Assembly (NCBI GenBank): GCA_002633005.1
Contig: NMRA01000200.1
Span: 344,527 to 408,526, forward strand
DNA length: 64,000 nt
Direction: 5' to 3'
DNA from: Phoronis australis
Taxonomy: Eukaryota > Animalia > Phoronida
Below the pieces are notes generated by a model. It saw nothing but the letters and a program-made list of their open reading frames with translations. It was not told where the DNA came from and searched no databases. The translations under genes and the position numbers were made by a program. Below are positions 1-13,432 of the stretch, piece after piece; position 1 is the stretch's first letter; each line of letters starts with the position of its first letter.

Positions 1-259
1 CAATGTTGTTTCAGATTCAGTTAGCCTGTCTCTTACATCACTTTCCACAACGTGGCGCGCAATACAATCGCTAAGTGATGTTGGAGTTTACGACACAAAT
101 AAAGAGTCCTCAAATAAAATTCAAAAATATTTAAAACAAAAAAGGTGTTTTAACGTATATTTTTTCATCGATTAAAACGAAACAAGAAATTTATTGTGCA
201 AAGAGTGATTTTGTCCGTTTATAGATTTACGACAATTACTTACAACACAGAGATCAAAG

Positions 260-439
260 AGCGGCACGGAAACAAACTTGGGTTGTGCCTTTGGCTTCTT
301 GGGTCATGTGTTGGGCAGTGATTGAGCATCGCGTTGTTTGCTAGTGTATTTGATGAGAATCCTTGAAATCACGTTAACAGTTATACTGACTTTAGCGAAT
401 GTTTGTGCTGGATTAAGATATATTCATTCAGTCACCGAG
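260..439 (+). other. Probable non-coding first exon (5' UTR) of the AGPAT3/4-like gene
   Basis: Strong donor GAG|GTGAGT at 439/440. The ATG-containing exon starts at 3401 after a TTTCAG acceptor, so an upstream exon is implied. CpG-rich context. Start coordinate is approximate. Confidence 0.55.
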
Positions 440-918
440 GTGAGTCTTTAAACTTTAGGCGGCGCAGCACTGAAAAAAGCNCCCTCCCCCCCCCCCCCCC
501 AGACTCCTGGCACAGACCCTGGGCGGCGCAGCACTGAAAAAAGTAGGGGCTATAGCCCCCTAGCCCTTATGGTGCACTTCCCGTGGAGATTGAGTTGAGT
601 CAATCCAGTCTGAGGCAGAGATGAGGACCCAGGACTAGGAGATGTTAGATTTTGCGTCATAAACACCACCATCTCAACTGGCCCATAACTGTATAAGCCC
701 ACAGGATTGGCTAAATCACTAGATTAGCAACCTTACTAATCGTGGAATAGCATGCCATTCTGCAATTGTAAGATTATCAACTATAGCGCTGATATAATTG
801 CATATTAACGGCCCACAACTAGCACAACGTCAGTCTGACAAGCGTCACCTTGTGCAGTTGTGGGAATGCAAATAGTGCCCCTAGCTGTCTCCTGGCTTGA
901 CTATGTAGCTAAGGACTT

Positions 919-1341
919 GCTGATGCTAATGTATGATTGAAAGCCATCAATTAATGCTAATATGCAGAATCACTAGAATGGCAAGGTAGCCCGTCAGAGT
1001 AGCCTGTCAGAGTAGTCCATCATTCCGTGTAAGCAGCACCCTGTTCTTCAGCTGTAGAATCACTGATTAGTTGCTAACATGCGATTGAAAGCTTTCAGTC
1101 GATTCTCATAATGCAGAATCGCAAGGTAGCCCGTCATTCTGTTTAAGCAGCGCCCTTGTGTTCTACAGTAGAATCGCTGATTGGCTGTTAATGTGTGATT
1201 GAAAGTCTTCAATTATTGCTAATATGCAGAATCACTAGAATCACTAGGAAGCCCATCAGAGTACTAGCAGCCAGTCATTCTGTGTAAGCGGCGCCCCCTA
1301 GTGTTCTACAGTTGTAGTATCGCTGATTAGCTGCTAATGTG
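919..1341. repeat. Degenerate tandem repeat, about 3 copies of a 115-150 bp unit
   Basis: Recurrent blocks GATTGAAAG..., ATGCAGAATC..., GCCCGTCA..CATTCTGTGTAAGCAGCGCCC..GTAGAATCGCTGATT. Confidence 0.8.
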
Positions 1342-1668
1342 CGTATGTAGTGTCGCTCCTACACCAAAAGTTTGCACTGTTGCATAAACAATAGGGAGGA
1401 TTACCCCAACTCTGTGGATGAGCAGCTCATCTCACGGTGTAATGTTCAGGGCTGCCTGCTATTTTCTTTTCAAATCTTAATATGCAGGGCTGTTTTTCTA
1501 ATGTAGCAAATAGCCAATACTGTGCCGTGCTCAAGTACTCCTGCAATCAAACCTTTTTCTCCCGTAGTCCTTCATTCAGTTCCCCAAATCGGCAGTTGGC
1601 CATTTTTGCATTGCCCGCGTCAAGGAATATGACCTCATATCAATAGACGCGAGGAGCTTGAGTGACAC

Positions 1669-3056
1669 CAGGGCTCGACATAACGAGCTGCAGGTCGCAA
1701 ATGCGACCTGAAATTTGGAAATGCGAGCTGAAATTTTGGCCAGCTCGCATTAAGTCGCAAAATGCGACCTGGAATTTCCAGCGTATGCGAGCTGAGTTTT
1801 TAAACTTCGCGGCAGATACTTGGGAAATGTTGAGCAACTCAGGTGATTCCGACCGTTATTTGGTTGTTGCCAAATCAAGTTAAAAAACATTCATTGAGAA
1901 AAGTGCTCCCGATGACTTGTAAACATGTCGCATGAACAAGGGAATACAGAATTGGTCTGACGCATTATATTGACCAATACTTTCGGCCTTTTGCAAATTT
2001 CCGGATGTGCCGAAGAAAGTTTCGGACCTCGGAATAACACGTGATAATACGTCAGAAAGCAGCGGTGTTTCTACTAATTCTTAAACGACGAAATTACCAA
2101 GCTTTGTGGTGGAAAACATTTATTTTTCATGTAAGGTGTCCTTAATATCAAATTACGGCAACACCCACGGCAATATGCCTGGTCGCACTGCAGCACTGGT
2201 CGGTTCCACTGTTAGCGCCGGAAAGCGGTCCTGGCAGACAATCGTCGTGACTTGGAAAAATGCGTCTCGTTTTTTATCGCGAAAGACAGCAAATGTGAAA
2301 ATGACATCCAAATTAATCGCCAAACGACGGGCATGCCTTTACGCGCTTTCAGCAGAATAGTAGAAACCCGCACCGTCGGAAATCATTTCGAGGCTTTTTA
2401 TTTCATGGAAAACTAATTGACTACGTACCGGTAAACAGCATAAGTCCCACATTTTTGTTGTCAAATTTGCAGTGAATTGTTTCTGCGTATCAATAGGTCA
2501 TTCAGCGAGTAGGGCAACGTTTCACGAATTTCTTCCGACAAGATGTTTTTTCAAACGTCAAGTCTAAAAGTTTGGCCTGCGAACAAATGGAAGGAATTCG
2601 CACTCAGAGTTATCAATCTTTGGATCTTTAACGACTTTGATGACAGTCATGTAGCAAGTCAGGCCTAGAAAAGTCGCGGATACTTTTTCAACGTGTATTT
2701 ACTTCTTTTTCACGTTACACACTTAGCTAATCGAATGCATTTAACTTTCACGTCGGCAACTGCCTTGCGCTCCAGGGTCTTTCAGTGGATGGCGCCAGTG
2801 AAGAATGGTAACGCGGTGCATGCATGATATGCTTGTAAGAACTGTTTTGCGACCTGAAATTTGTGAGTATTCAACGTCGCAGGAGCATAATCTAGGCATT
2901 TTCTGATGACGTAAAAGCCAATTTTGGTCCGTAAAAATGGCGGGAAATTTTCGCGACCTGGAATTTATGAATGCGAGCTGGATTTTGAAAATGCGACCTA
3001 GGATTTTGGCTCGGTCTCAAAATGCGACCTGGCGATTTTCATAGCGTCGAGCCCTG
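1669..3056. mobile_element. Non-autonomous hAT-like DNA transposon (11-bp TIR, 5-bp TSD)
   Basis: Ends CAGGGCTCGAC ... GTCGAGCCCTG. GACAC direct repeat at 1664-1668 and 3057-3061. Many subterminal GCGACCTG/GCGAGCTG motifs at both ends. No transposase ORF. Confidence 0.8.
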
Positions 3057-3408
3057 GACACACCAACCCCCATGTTAAAGCTAGATCTCAGATCTGTATT
3101 AAACCTTTTTGGCCTTAAACCAAACCTGGTCAGTGCACTTTGATTAGGAAATCGTACTTCAAAATTATTTAAAACATGTTTGTAGTTCATGGGTTTTATG
3201 GTTTAGCATGTTATGCTGAATTTTTAAAATTGTGTTTCAAGGTAGACCGAAATTCCTACTGGGCACGAATTACATTATATATTCTGAAGTATGAAATGAA
3301 TTTGCAATGTCTCATGAAACATGTTCATGGACAGGAATTTCTGCCATGTTATTTCCATTGGTTTTCATTCGTTCATCTATACCTTTGGTATCTATTTCAG
3401 AGTCAACC

Positions 3409-6400
3409 ATGGGTGTATGGTCACAGTTCAAACAACTGATCCTACCTCACTTGCTGATTGGATACATATTTCTGGCTAGTGGTTTTATTGTCAACATTTT
3501 GATGCTTTGTACCTGCATACTGTGGCCATTTTCCAAGTCTACGTACAGAAAAATTACCCACTATCTGGCATATTCTCATTGGAGTCGTGAGTTGTCTTAA
3601 TATCTGTTCATAACTATGCTCGCTGAAATTTCATCTGTTTCAGACAAAAATGATTCTCAAAAGCATTTTTTCATTTCTCAAAGACTTCTTAACTTTACTG
3701 TGAATGCTTACTGTTTCTCAAAATGTTGTCTGGTGGTAGCTATGGAATGAAATTAGAATTGATAAACCACATATTTGGTGCTACTTAACTTTTATGGAAA
3801 AAAAAACATTTCATTTGTGTGTCATACCGTGCCCTAAATAGGTGAAGTTTTACTGTAATTTTAGAAACGAACTAAACTTGGTTGCTTACGTGCTTTTGTG
3901 CTATATAAATGTTGCAGCACTGAATATGAACAGTTTGTGTCAGATGGACTCTGAGTAATTTATTCTTTATCTCAGATTGATTGTTAGCATATATATCAAA
4001 AACAATTACCGTGTTGCCAATCTTTTTTTGAAATTAAACATAAAACATGTACTTGGTTGTGTAGAGTACACAGCCATCGCGCACTGGTGGGCAAACTGTG
4101 ACATGGAACTGGTGACGGCTAGCAGAGAGGATGGTGATAAGCTTTTGAAGTATGTTGGTACTGAACACGCTGTGGTCATCATGAATCACAAGTATGACAT
4201 TGATTGGCTTATTGGCTATATGATCATCGAGCGAATGAAATACTTGGGGGTAAGCTGTTACTGGCAGTATAGTAGCATTGCTTTAAAGATTCTCTTGCTC
4301 CCTGTAAGGATATACATTTGTGATTTGAATGTGTGCTCACTTCCTTGTGAAAAAGTAGCCTGAGTATTAATTGATATGATGTTACTCGTAGTCGAAGATA
4401 TGCTAAAATTTTAAGGTTATGTTTGAATGTTTCATGTAGTATACTTATCTCATCAATTCTACATTGAACATTGTTGTAACTATTCCCACTTAATGTAATC
4501 TCATGTCATTGGTAAATGTGGGTAGTGGTTTTTAAAACAGATTTCTTGGTTTACGTAGTAATGAAACAATCATGCATTCCAAATTATCTTTGAACAACAT
4601 TTTGCTGAGGTTACAATTTGATTGCCATCTATTCGTTTTCTTTTCATCCTAAAACTGTCATTTCAGGGCTCAAAAATCTATGGCAAGGAGCCATTACGCT
4701 ATGTGCCAATTCAGGGCTGGAACTGGGTGTTCACAGAAAGCATATTTCTTAAGCGGGATTGGAAGCACGATAAAGAAATTTTGACCAACAACGTGGCAAA
4801 GTATTCTGAGTATCCCAGAGGCTATAATGTAAACGTAAGTTGCGCTTATCATGAAAAGTCAACTGGAGCCTAAGGATTTATTTTATGATTTTCTCAGACA
4901 TTCACATCATTTTATTGTACTTGTCACTAGAGCATGATTACTAATTCTAGTACTTGTACTGGAAGTCATCTTTTTAATCTCTGCCTGTGTTTGTTTTTGT
5001 TATTTTTAACTGGTGTCATGGACACTTAGGAGATCAAATGAAAACTACCGTTCAACAAACTCTACCTGGTGGATTGATTTGATGTCTTATGATAAAAATT
5101 GTTTAGTTCAGATCATGTTAATAATACTGCATGCATTAAGTGTATGTATAATTTTTGTGTCAGTCAAGCTCGACTTGTGGTCTTTTCTTAACAGGCCTCA
5201 TGTTAATTCTCCTAGTTGAGCATCTGAATTTAAAGTACCGTATTCGCCGTAATAACCGCCCATGCCCCTATAAGCGCCCCCTACGCGTTTTCAGACTTTG
5301 CTGAAATAAGCGCCCAGTCCATGAACGTGTACGTGCGAACAATGACAGTCCTAAAACTCGGCTACAGTAACGTCTTCAATTTATCAAAAAAAATTTGCAC
5401 GGATCTTCTAGACCACCAGCGGCACTGCTACGTTTGTATTTAGCCATGACTAAGTATACACTTCAAAGTAACGCAGCGCTTCAAAAAGAACGCAACAGCG
5501 TTGCTACTCTCGCGACGACCGTGTCCTACTATCGTCTGACCTTTCAGTACAGACACATCGACTGTCTCACGAATAAAAATAACTCGGTGTTAAACGCACG
5601 TGGCCGGGAAGCGCGCGCTACATATATGAACCTGTCATCAAAGACATTACTTGGGAACTATCCATTCATGAAACGGGTAGCATAGCATCGGTAAGAAATG
5701 AATATTGGCACTTCTGACAATTTCTAATACTATAAAACATGTTTGCGTTATTTTTGAGAGAGATTGTTTGATTAACCATAATTGGTGTTTTTAAGCCAAA
5801 TATCCGATAAAACGACAACTGACAGTGAATGCTTACACACCCTTACACCGAAAAATAACTGTCAGATACACGAGTTACGTACGCATCCAGCCACACGGCG
5901 ACTAATATGGGCCTTACCGAGACAAATGTCGAAAGTTTTTAGCACGAGACCGGCAAGTGCTGAATGAAACACGCTCTGGTTTAGGCCTACTGCTTGTGCA
6001 AATTTCTTTAGACACATCTAGCTAGTTAGATTGCGTGGCTCAGGCCAAAAGACGTTCTCTGCTTTGGCAAATGAACTTTGGTGACACGCACACGCTCGTT
6101 TACTCACAAATGCAGACAAACTTCAAAACAAACGTCACGTGACAACAGCATGTGTGTTGCGTCCAGACATTTTTCTCGCCGTGTTGCCGATCATACATGT
6201 GGATGGCACGATGTTGCAGATTTGTACTTAAACCTGTCGTTAATCCAGACTCCACGGGAACTTAAAAAAAATCTTAGAGACGTTAGAACACTAATGAAGA
6301 TTTCAGATAACTTTTTTGCTTGAGTCGAAACTATTTTTTTCAAGCATTGAAGTCGCCATATCGAAGACAGCGATTTCGCCTTGGGATTGCAGCACAATTT

Positions 6401-9400
6401 TCTGTAAAATGATCGTAATTAAGTAGCAAAGTTTGATAGCAATGCTCCACAGTTTTGTTGAAAGTCTTTCATAGATTACAGATACATCACAGAGCGTAAA
6501 TTTGATGAATATTAGCTTCCGGTTTCACCCGTTTCGGAGACCAGGTTTCAACGGCCTTGGGTTATAATAAGCGCCCCCCTGAACCAAACTTTTCTAAGCG
6601 CCCTGGGCGGTTATTACGGCGAATACGGTAGTGCCAATCTTGTGTTCATCAAATGGGTGTCAGACGATTGACTGTGGGTTTGTTTAAAAGGTAGCTATGC
6701 TTTGAGATTGTGCGTAGATGGAGAGTGAATAATCAAATCCAGTAATTAATTTGTTATATGATAACCCCTAATTAGACAAATGAAACCTATTGTTAATTAA
6801 GTAATCAACTACAAAGAGTAACTACGCTAGTGCCCTCTTTAAAGATTACTTCAATCAAACAACCAAAACAATCAAATGTCTTATCTGCTATCCAAGCTAG
6901 GACTCTCCACTTGTTGGATGTCTGTCCTGTTGGTGAATCTTCAAACTACACACACTGTATAGCGACAGTGTACTTGCTGGTCACCGACTCTGGTGATGCA
7001 ACACTTGCAGGCAATTTCTTCTACCCGCGATTCTTCTTGCTGGTCACAGTCTCTGCTGATGACGCAACACTTCAGGTAGTACCTTACTACCCACAATGCA
7101 AGTGGCAAACTCTTAGTTAACTTCCTGTTCGTTAACCCTAGCCAAGATCCTTTCTAGAATCTTCCACGAGATGGCTCTGTCGCACAATTTCCTCTGTACA
7201 CTGTAGCAAGTCTTTATGCTTCAACTACTATAGCTCATCTAATTATCTTGTTGATTTCAGCCCATAATATAACATTCTACTTATTTAGTGATTGGTTAAT
7301 AAAAACCACATGATCATATCCACACGTATTATTGGCTGTTACAATTTGTTCTCAGAATATTCTAGAATCTCTAGAGTACTTTGACCCCAGAACCCAAAGT
7401 TGTAAACACCATCTAAAAATAGATTTTGACGTTAAAATACATGTCAATAAGTCTGACCACATGATTTAAAAGTACATATGCACAAATTTTGGGCAACTGA
7501 AAATGGATCTATTCTTACTAATTACTTCATCAATATTTATTCTGACAATGGGAAATTAGTTTTTGTTTCACTGACACATCCTTATTTTAAGATGGAGCTT
7601 TAAAGTGACATTGTTTCCAGCTCAGGATACTAAGTTTGACGAGGAACGTCTCTGTGACTCATTTGTGACTTGATGTTGTAGATTCTGGTGTTTCCTGAAG
7701 GCACTCGCTTCACTGAGGACAAACACAAAACCAGTATGGAGGTAGCCAAGCAGAAACAGTTACCTCAACTAAAACATCATCTATTACCCAGGACTAAGGG
7801 CTTCGTGACCACCGTTAGAGCTTTAAAAGGAAAGTGTATGTATCAAAGTTTATAATCTCAGTTTGTCGTGTATTCAGAAGTTTCTACATGCCGGTTGCTC
7901 AGTAGTCTAATGGTTAAAGCACTTGCCACACAAACCGTCATGCTCGCAGTTCATTTCCTAGTATACTCAAAATAACAATAGCAATTGCAGCGGCAGAAAT
8001 AAGCAGTGCTAAACTGTAGATTTTCTATAATTTTGTGAACAGACCAAGCAGTAAGTTTCGACCTAAATTGTTCAAAACAATAACATTATTTTGTGTTGTC
8101 CTTTTTAAGTCAGTCTCTCTTTTAACTTTACTCTTTTGATAAATACTGGAACGTGTGAAATTTTGCAGACTTCTTTTAGCTACTTATGAGCTTAAATTTT
8201 GTTTGATAATGTCAATGATGTCAATATCTACGCAGCTTGTTTTTTTGTTTTTTTTTTGCAAAATGGCCTCAGTATTCATATTAGTTAGTGGAGTGTACTG
8301 AGACATTCTCTTCAGAGGTACCTCTTTATTTTGACTGGCCCTGTCTGAACAACGAGAAAAATTAGAGATTTTTTTGCTTAAATACACCTGCTGATGTTAT
8401 GAAATATAATTGCATAATTATGTTTTTTCTGACTGTAACTTTTATAAGACTCAGCACAGTGGCTCTTGTGTCAAAACTGAACTGCTTTTTTATTCTCATT
8501 GGTTATATTATTAAGTTCCAAAGTTTGAATTGTGCCATCCATTGAATCTAAACTCAAATATTAGAGTTATCTTTTTCATGCTACCATTTTTAATTTTTAA
8601 ATTTTCCCAAATCTTGGGTATTGTGATCATCTTTGTCCTGTGCATCATGTATAGTTGTACACTCAGATTATACTGCCTTGTCATCTGAGAAATGACTGAC
8701 AAAAAGTCATCAAATTCATTGTCAAAAAGCAGTTTATTGCGGCTTGAAGGTCCACGCAATTTCTGCTTTTGTTGAAAACCCTCATTAAACGGGTCAATGT
8801 GTTACTCTGATATATCATTGTAGGCGCAGACATTTTGGTATGTCTTCAGAGAGGTACCATCTATCATTATTTTGCAACACTATCTCTCTATTTACCTTTC
8901 AGATTTTTTGGACAGTGCTAAGTTGGAACATTGTACATTTTGTGTTCTTACTGTCTTGAATTATGAAGGCAAGATTGTGCCCTGTTTTCAGTTTTGTCAG
9001 AGTTTAAAACCATGGCCAGTAGAAGTCCAGTCATCTCTATGCTATTTACTTGTCACTTTCAGTGGCAGTGATATATGACACAACAGTAGCATTCACCCCA
9101 GACAGTGCTGAGCCTACATTGATGAGTATTCTTTATGGCAGAAGATGCACAGCTCAGATGTATTTCAGGTATTACTGTTTACTACTGTTATTATTTCAGG
9201 TTTCGTTACTTCAGTAGTTGCAGATAGTTTTTAAGAAAAGTACAGTATTTGTATAACAGAAATTTAATAAGTGAATGCTGGTGTAGATGAGGAGTATTTT
9301 TGGAATATATTAGCACAGGTTTTCGAGAAGAGGCCACTATAATACCTGAACTATCAATTCTTTAGGAGCCATTATATAGTGATGTTGTTTTTGTTTCATT

Positions 9401-11542
9401 TTCAAAACATTTTCACCTAAGTTGGAATCTGGTTCATCTTTGTCAGAACATGCTCAGAGTCAGAACATTCTCAGTGTCAGATGCTGCCTGTTTTCACAGT
9501 TGTAACACTTTGTTTTTGTCTTTTTATTAATACAAGTTTAACTGTGTTGTGTTCAGGAGATATCTGATTGATGAAATACCGACCGACACTGATGAAGCAT
9601 GCTCTGAATGGCTTTACAAACTGTTTGAGGAAAAGGTACTGTTTAGTCAATACTTATGCGAAATTAAACCAACTCGTCTGTTGTCATATGTCTTGCTTTG
9701 ATCTCCATTTTCAACAACTGTAATATGTGTTATGTTGATGTTGACCTCCTAAAATCACTTTGAGGTGGTGATGTAGTGACATCATTTCTAGAATCTCTTG
9801 ATCTATTTAAACTAATCTCTAGGTTATTTACATTGCCACAATAAATGACCGATCAAACCATTTGGCTAGACTTTTTCTAATTAGACTAGTCGTGGGATTT
9901 CATATACGGTGCTGTTGTCGTTTTTCAAGTGCATTATGGGATGCTTATCAGCTCATAAACATCCAGCGACATCACAGAGAACATTGTGATTTTATTATGG
10001 AAAACAGCGCTAGTCACTTGAGCTCACCATATTTGAAAGCACGGGTCCACTACAACATGCTTTTTGGTTTGTTTGCTTTTTAGTATAACTAAACAAAAAT
10101 CATATAAGAGTAAAAAAGTGAAGTGAACAAAGTGTACATCAGACAAATATATAGATTTTTAGCGCGTCTTTTGTGGCAAAGATCTCTGATATCCAGCCAT
10201 GTCTCATTCAATAATGCTGGTTTTAAATTTGATCACCTAAAACATCAAGCCTGTGTTGGAAGACCCAAGAAAGTCATGAAAATGCAAGATTACGCATATC
10301 ACTATGCATTACAAGAGAACCATGTGATCTCACTAGCTTTACTCTTTAAATGCTCATATCTGTGAAATGTATCTCATACTTCTAATGTCCAAGTTGTCAA
10401 TGATGTCAGCAGATATGTATGAGCCAACAACCCTACCACAATGTATTTTAAAACAACCATCAGCGCCATCAGTGGGTAAGTTTTGCTGATGATGAAATCC
10501 CTTGAATTATTTTGGTAATAGTGTTTCTGGATAAAATTTGTTTGATGTGTCAGTAGAAGTTTGTTGCAAAAAAGCAAAAATCTAAAAATGCACATTGTTG
10601 TGTTGTTGATAATGCGTCTTTGGTACAAAATCGCAAAGTTGCTTTAATTATAATTTGTTTTTGTGCAGGATGCTTTATACGAAACGTTTGTTCAGAAAGG
10701 AAGCTTCGATGGAGTCAAGACATATGTGCCACGTCGTTGGAATGACCTGCTCATGTATATATTCTGGGCTGTCTTAACATGTATGCCATTGTTTTACTAC
10801 TTATCGATGCTGTTCAGGGCAGGAACACTACTGCAACAGGTTATATTCCTTCTGGGGGTAGCTGCTGGTGAGTGTTGTCATCAGTTTCCATAGTGATGTA
10901 TTTGTAAAAGTGCGTAAAAATGACAGTTTGGCGTCACTTCAGAACTATGACAAATCAGACTATCAACAATACAGATACCCATAAGCCATTTTCCTGTCCT
11001 TAATTCATTGTCTTAATATTCTACAATTTGAGTAGTGTTAAGCAGATATGTCTAACCACTCATGTTGATATTTGATTGGTCAAGTTTTATCCTGTCCTTG
11101 AGTCTCACTTTGACCATCACAGTTACACAAGTCATTAACTCTTGTGTACATGAAACTCTTTGGAAATCACCTGTCCAACAGTCTTTTTGCCATCCCTATC
11201 CTCAGAATGTTAGGGAACATGTCTGATGTTGTCAGGACCTCATTCTGGGGTCTGTTTTTGCTAATTAATACTTCCATGTGCCACTGTGAAAATTGCTTAT
11301 CCATCAGTGGATGTGTGTTCAAAAATTTGCTTTCAATCTGTGGTAGCTGAAATAGTGAAATTGAAAAACTGTTTTGTTGGTGTGTGTCCAAATGTGGCAC
11401 ATTTTACCTTTCTGTTTCTGCATCATAAACTCATGTTAGTGTTCATTCTTCTCTTTCAGCTACTGTTGGTCTCCGTATGATGATAAGCGTTGCTGAGACA
11501 CACAAAGGTTCATCTTATGGTGGAAAAAGCAAAGGAAGTTAA
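3409..11542 (+). CDS. AGPAT3: 1-acyl-sn-glycerol-3-phosphate acyltransferase gamma/delta-like (AGPAT3/AGPAT4 family), 8 coding exons, 383 aa
   Basis: Exons 3409-3586, 4065-4249, 4667-4834, 7682-7835, 9063-9168, 9557-9635, 10669-10867, 11460-11542. All introns are GT-AG with matching phases; total 1152 nt. Acyltransferase motifs NHKYDID (HxxxxD), IFLKRDW, FPEGTRF, HHLLPRTKGF and IYDTT are present. The C-terminus ETHKGSSYGGKSKGS resembles the AGPAT3/4 KGSSYG tail. Probably the co-ortholog of vertebrate AGPAT3 and AGPAT4. Confidence 0.95.
5238..6628. mobile_element. Non-autonomous Tc1/mariner-pogo-type element (25-bp perfect TIR, TA TSD)
   Basis: TA|CCGTATTCGCCGTAATAACCGCCCA ... TGGGCGGTTATTACGGCGAATACGG|TA, with subterminal TAAGCGCCC motifs. 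Confidence 0.9.
6735..7250. repeat. Dispersed repeat, diverged copy 1 (copy 2 at about 46742-47250)
   Basis: Collinear blocks shared with copy 2: AAATCCAGTAA..TTGTTA, TCTTATCT..CAAGC, CTTGCTG.TCAC, CAAACTCTTAGT, AGATCCTTTCTAGAATCTTC, TACA.TGTAGC. Confidence 0.7.
7897..7960 (+). mobile_element. Degenerate tRNA-derived SINE head
   Basis: A-box-like TAGTCTAATGG and B-box-like AGTTCATTTCC at tRNA spacing. No valid cloverleaf. Confidence 0.4.
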
Positions 11543-13340
11543 GGCTATTAACATTTTGCTCAGAGGTTTATTTTTTCTTTTGTTGCCTGTGACTCGCAAT
11601 ACTGCTTCACAAGAAAAAATTGTATCAATGCTAATCATTATAAAATGTTATGTGTTAAAACATTTGAGGAAACAGCTTAATAGAACAATTGACAGCGTAT
11701 ACTGGAAGGATAAGGCAAATATGATGGAATTTTTGCGCTATTAACGAAGAAACAAAACTGTTACATTTCTTCAATTTTTTTCTTTCAGCTTGTCAAAATT
11801 GCATCCATGGTGACACACCCATAAAATCAATACCTGTCTTTTTAGTTTGCTGCCTCAAATGACTCAAAACATGGCCATGGGTGAACATTCTTAACATTTG
11901 AAGACAATTGGTTATTGTGTAATTAGCAATAGTCACTTGCAAGGGTTCCAGATTTTGAGAACCAGTTTTATATCTGTTATTCAGTGGAGAAACTGGTCTC
12001 AAGCGTGGGACCCCTGTAATTGACAGTTGCTGTTGGACATATTCACATGAGTGTCTGGTTGATGTTCACCTAGTGATGATCAGCTGCATTATGATATATT
12101 ACACCATGCCAGACACAGTTTATGACTTACGTATGAAACATGTCAGTTTCATTAGGTTTAGCTGCCGTAAGCTTAGATTCTGGTTCTTCACTTTTCATGT
12201 CGTTTCTCTACCGTAAATTAAACTAACAAGGCTAAAGATCCAAGTATTTCTGCCTACAAAACTTCTGACCCAACCTGTTATCACCTGTTTCCGATTTTTT
12301 ATCAATTTCCAGTTTGGAAGTTTTTCAAGAACCAGGTTCTTTTATATACTGTCATCATTGATTGTTTAAAATCTGTTTGTATTTTGAGATGATATAGTGT
12401 AGGTTCGGTGGCACCACCTGTTGGCTATATTTTCTGTCACTGTACTCTGGTTTTCTACCTAAGAAGTTCATGCATTTTAAGGTAATTGTCAATCTCTGTG
12501 GTTTTTTTTCCAAAAATGCAATTTTCACGTATTGTATCAAATTTAATATTTAAATGTGGTATAAATGTCTATCTTTACTTTTTGTTGTTACATATTTACT
12601 TTGTGTTCACTGTTTATGTGCCAAATATACAACTTCAATTCCATTGTGTTCCATGGCAAATCTTTGTGAGCTAGCTCAGCGTGGTTTGTATGAAAAGATG
12701 CATGATTATGTTTGTGGTCTATTGCTGATGGAATTTCTTGTGGTTTTTCATTTTTTGAAGAATGGAGACATCTGCTGAAAACATGGAAATTGAAAAGGAA
12801 ATTTGGTGACTGGTATTTCTCTTGCTTGAGAGCATATCGAAATTAAAAATGTTAAACACTGTTCCCTGAGTATTGACAGTGATACTGTATATAGTTCAAG
12901 CAGGATTTTGCTTATAGTTTAGATTTTAGAAACTCGTGCTTCAAACAAAAATCATGGACATGTGATTATAAATGATTGTGCGGCATTTTATGGGCTGAGT
13001 TAAAAATTTTCAATCATAGAAGATTCAGAAAATGCTCTTAGATGTTGAAAATGAGTAAATTATATGATGAAATGTTAAAGGATTCCATGAAGGTTGACAA
13101 TTACCTTAAACAGACGAAAGTTAAATTACAAATACATAAGTTACAGTAGTTAGTCTTAAGATCCTTTTTTTATACATTTTGAACTTTTTGAAACTAATCA
13201 TGGTGTTAATTGTATTGAGGAGTGTAAATTGTCTTGTATGTATGCTTTGCTCTTGTGAATGCTATAATCTTATTACTAACAATTAAGTTTTATAGTATAT
13301 AATTATGCTGCTGTAAATCAGTACTTTGATGTCACATGAG

Positions 13341-13432
13341 TTATTAGTGTTCTTAGACGCCATCTGTTGGTCACACATAACATGTCTAAAAGTGATGTGT
13401 GACCAACATATGGCGTGTAGGAAGATTAATAA
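13341..13432. repeat. Inverted repeat (38-bp arms, 16-nt loop) in the probable AGPAT 3' UTR
   Basis: TTATTAGTGTTCTTAGACGCCATCTGTTGGTCACACAT / ATGTGTGACCAACATATGGCGTGTAGGAAGATTAATAA. Confidence 0.85.

Noticed and set aside
30-70. Possible divergent gene first exon (minus-strand GTAAG at 32-36) implying a bidirectional promoter
   Set aside because: At the window edge, and a single short motif is insufficient.
457-570. Duplicated GGCGGCGCAGCACTGAAAAAAG around a poly-C run and an N
   Set aside because: It spans an ambiguous base and a homopolymer; likely an assembly join or a MITE fragment.
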